Shown here one piece after another: positions 63,337-64,000 of a stretch of DNA of 64,000 nt. This DNA is from Octopus sinensis. Its lineage: Eukaryota. The notes beneath the pieces were generated by a model. It was not told where the DNA came from, ran no database searches, and saw only the letters and a program-made list of their open reading frames with translations. A program made the translations under genes and the position numbers. Within the stretch, counting starts at the first letter, position 1; every line of letters begins with the position of its first letter. Where the stretch lies: positions 36,456,001 to 36,520,000 of the forward strand of contig NC_042997.1 in NCBI RefSeq assembly GCF_006345805.1. The letters run 5' to 3'.

Positions 63337-64000
63337 GTGTACGTATATATATACAAGTATACATATGTATGTATATATACATGTATGTTTGCCTATGAAT
63401 AGTGTAAGAACTATCTTGCTTATAGGGCACGGCTATGAAACCGTAAGATGTAATTACATTATGCATTAAACATAGCGCTACTGTTGTAAACATTATTGAC
63501 CACACGTACTCGAGGTACAAGTTTTGTCGCCTCGTTTGCTGTCTGCGGAAAACGCTTAGGGGCTGATTTTTTTCTTAACGCTGGCTGTTAAGATACCTGA
63601 AAATGAATAAAAGGTATGAAAATTATATAACTAAGTTACATATGGTAGACTAGCGGGGCCAAAATCTATGAAATTATGTATATGTGTGTTCACACAAACA
63701 TAGGTGTACGCGTGCGCATTCACATACAAATATATACATGCACAAAATTTTAACCGCTTTTATGATTATTTTATAGACCCTGATATATCAAACACGTTGT
63801 TAGTCGTAGCCAATGCATGTTTTGAATTGTATTTTGGCAAGTGAAATATAGTACTTGTTCGATGATACAGTGAATATTAGGACGATATACTGCCGCAATA
63901 AATCTATATTTACATTGTTTAAAGTGGGTACACCGCCCAAACTGACACAGTCCCATCTACAGTGGATGTTCATCTAAAAGTTCATGGCGAGACATGATGG

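Noticed and set aside
63400-63596. Strong minus-strand acceptor (ttttattcattttcag) followed by the frame MFTTVALCLMHNVITSYG...
   Set aside because: All frames close right after the acceptor, there is no convincing donor, and the ORF runs into a microsatellite

Overview
AT-rich, microsatellite-saturated eukaryotic DNA. The repeat families (tRNA-derived SINEs, Tx1/L1-clade, R4/Dong, RTE and Penelope retroelements, mariner) and the (TA)n/(ATT)n density point to a cephalopod, most likely Octopus; this is an inference from recognising the repeats, not a database hit. I found no intact or identifiable host protein-coding gene, rRNA, intact tRNA or CRISPR array. Most ORFs in the supplied track are microsatellite artefacts or decayed TE frames. 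The window reads as intronic or intergenic TE graveyard, with a few repeat-poor islands holding weak exon and promoter candidates. The best-supported structural observations are: (1) an RTE insertion with a 5'-inverted segment inside a perfect 11-bp TSD, the twin-priming signature; (2) a head-to-tail array of three divergent Tx1-like units lacking endonuclease and RT; (3) an ORF1-only Tx1-like element whose 3' tail is shared with the dominant SINE, which itself forms ~184-bp internal multimers; (4) several Penelope termini with decayed hammerhead ribozymes and fold-back inversions, including a 170-bp near-perfect palindrome; (5) R4/Dong copies nested in (AAT)n tracts. Coordinates of decayed elements are approximate (tens of bp) unless a TSD or TIR is quoted.
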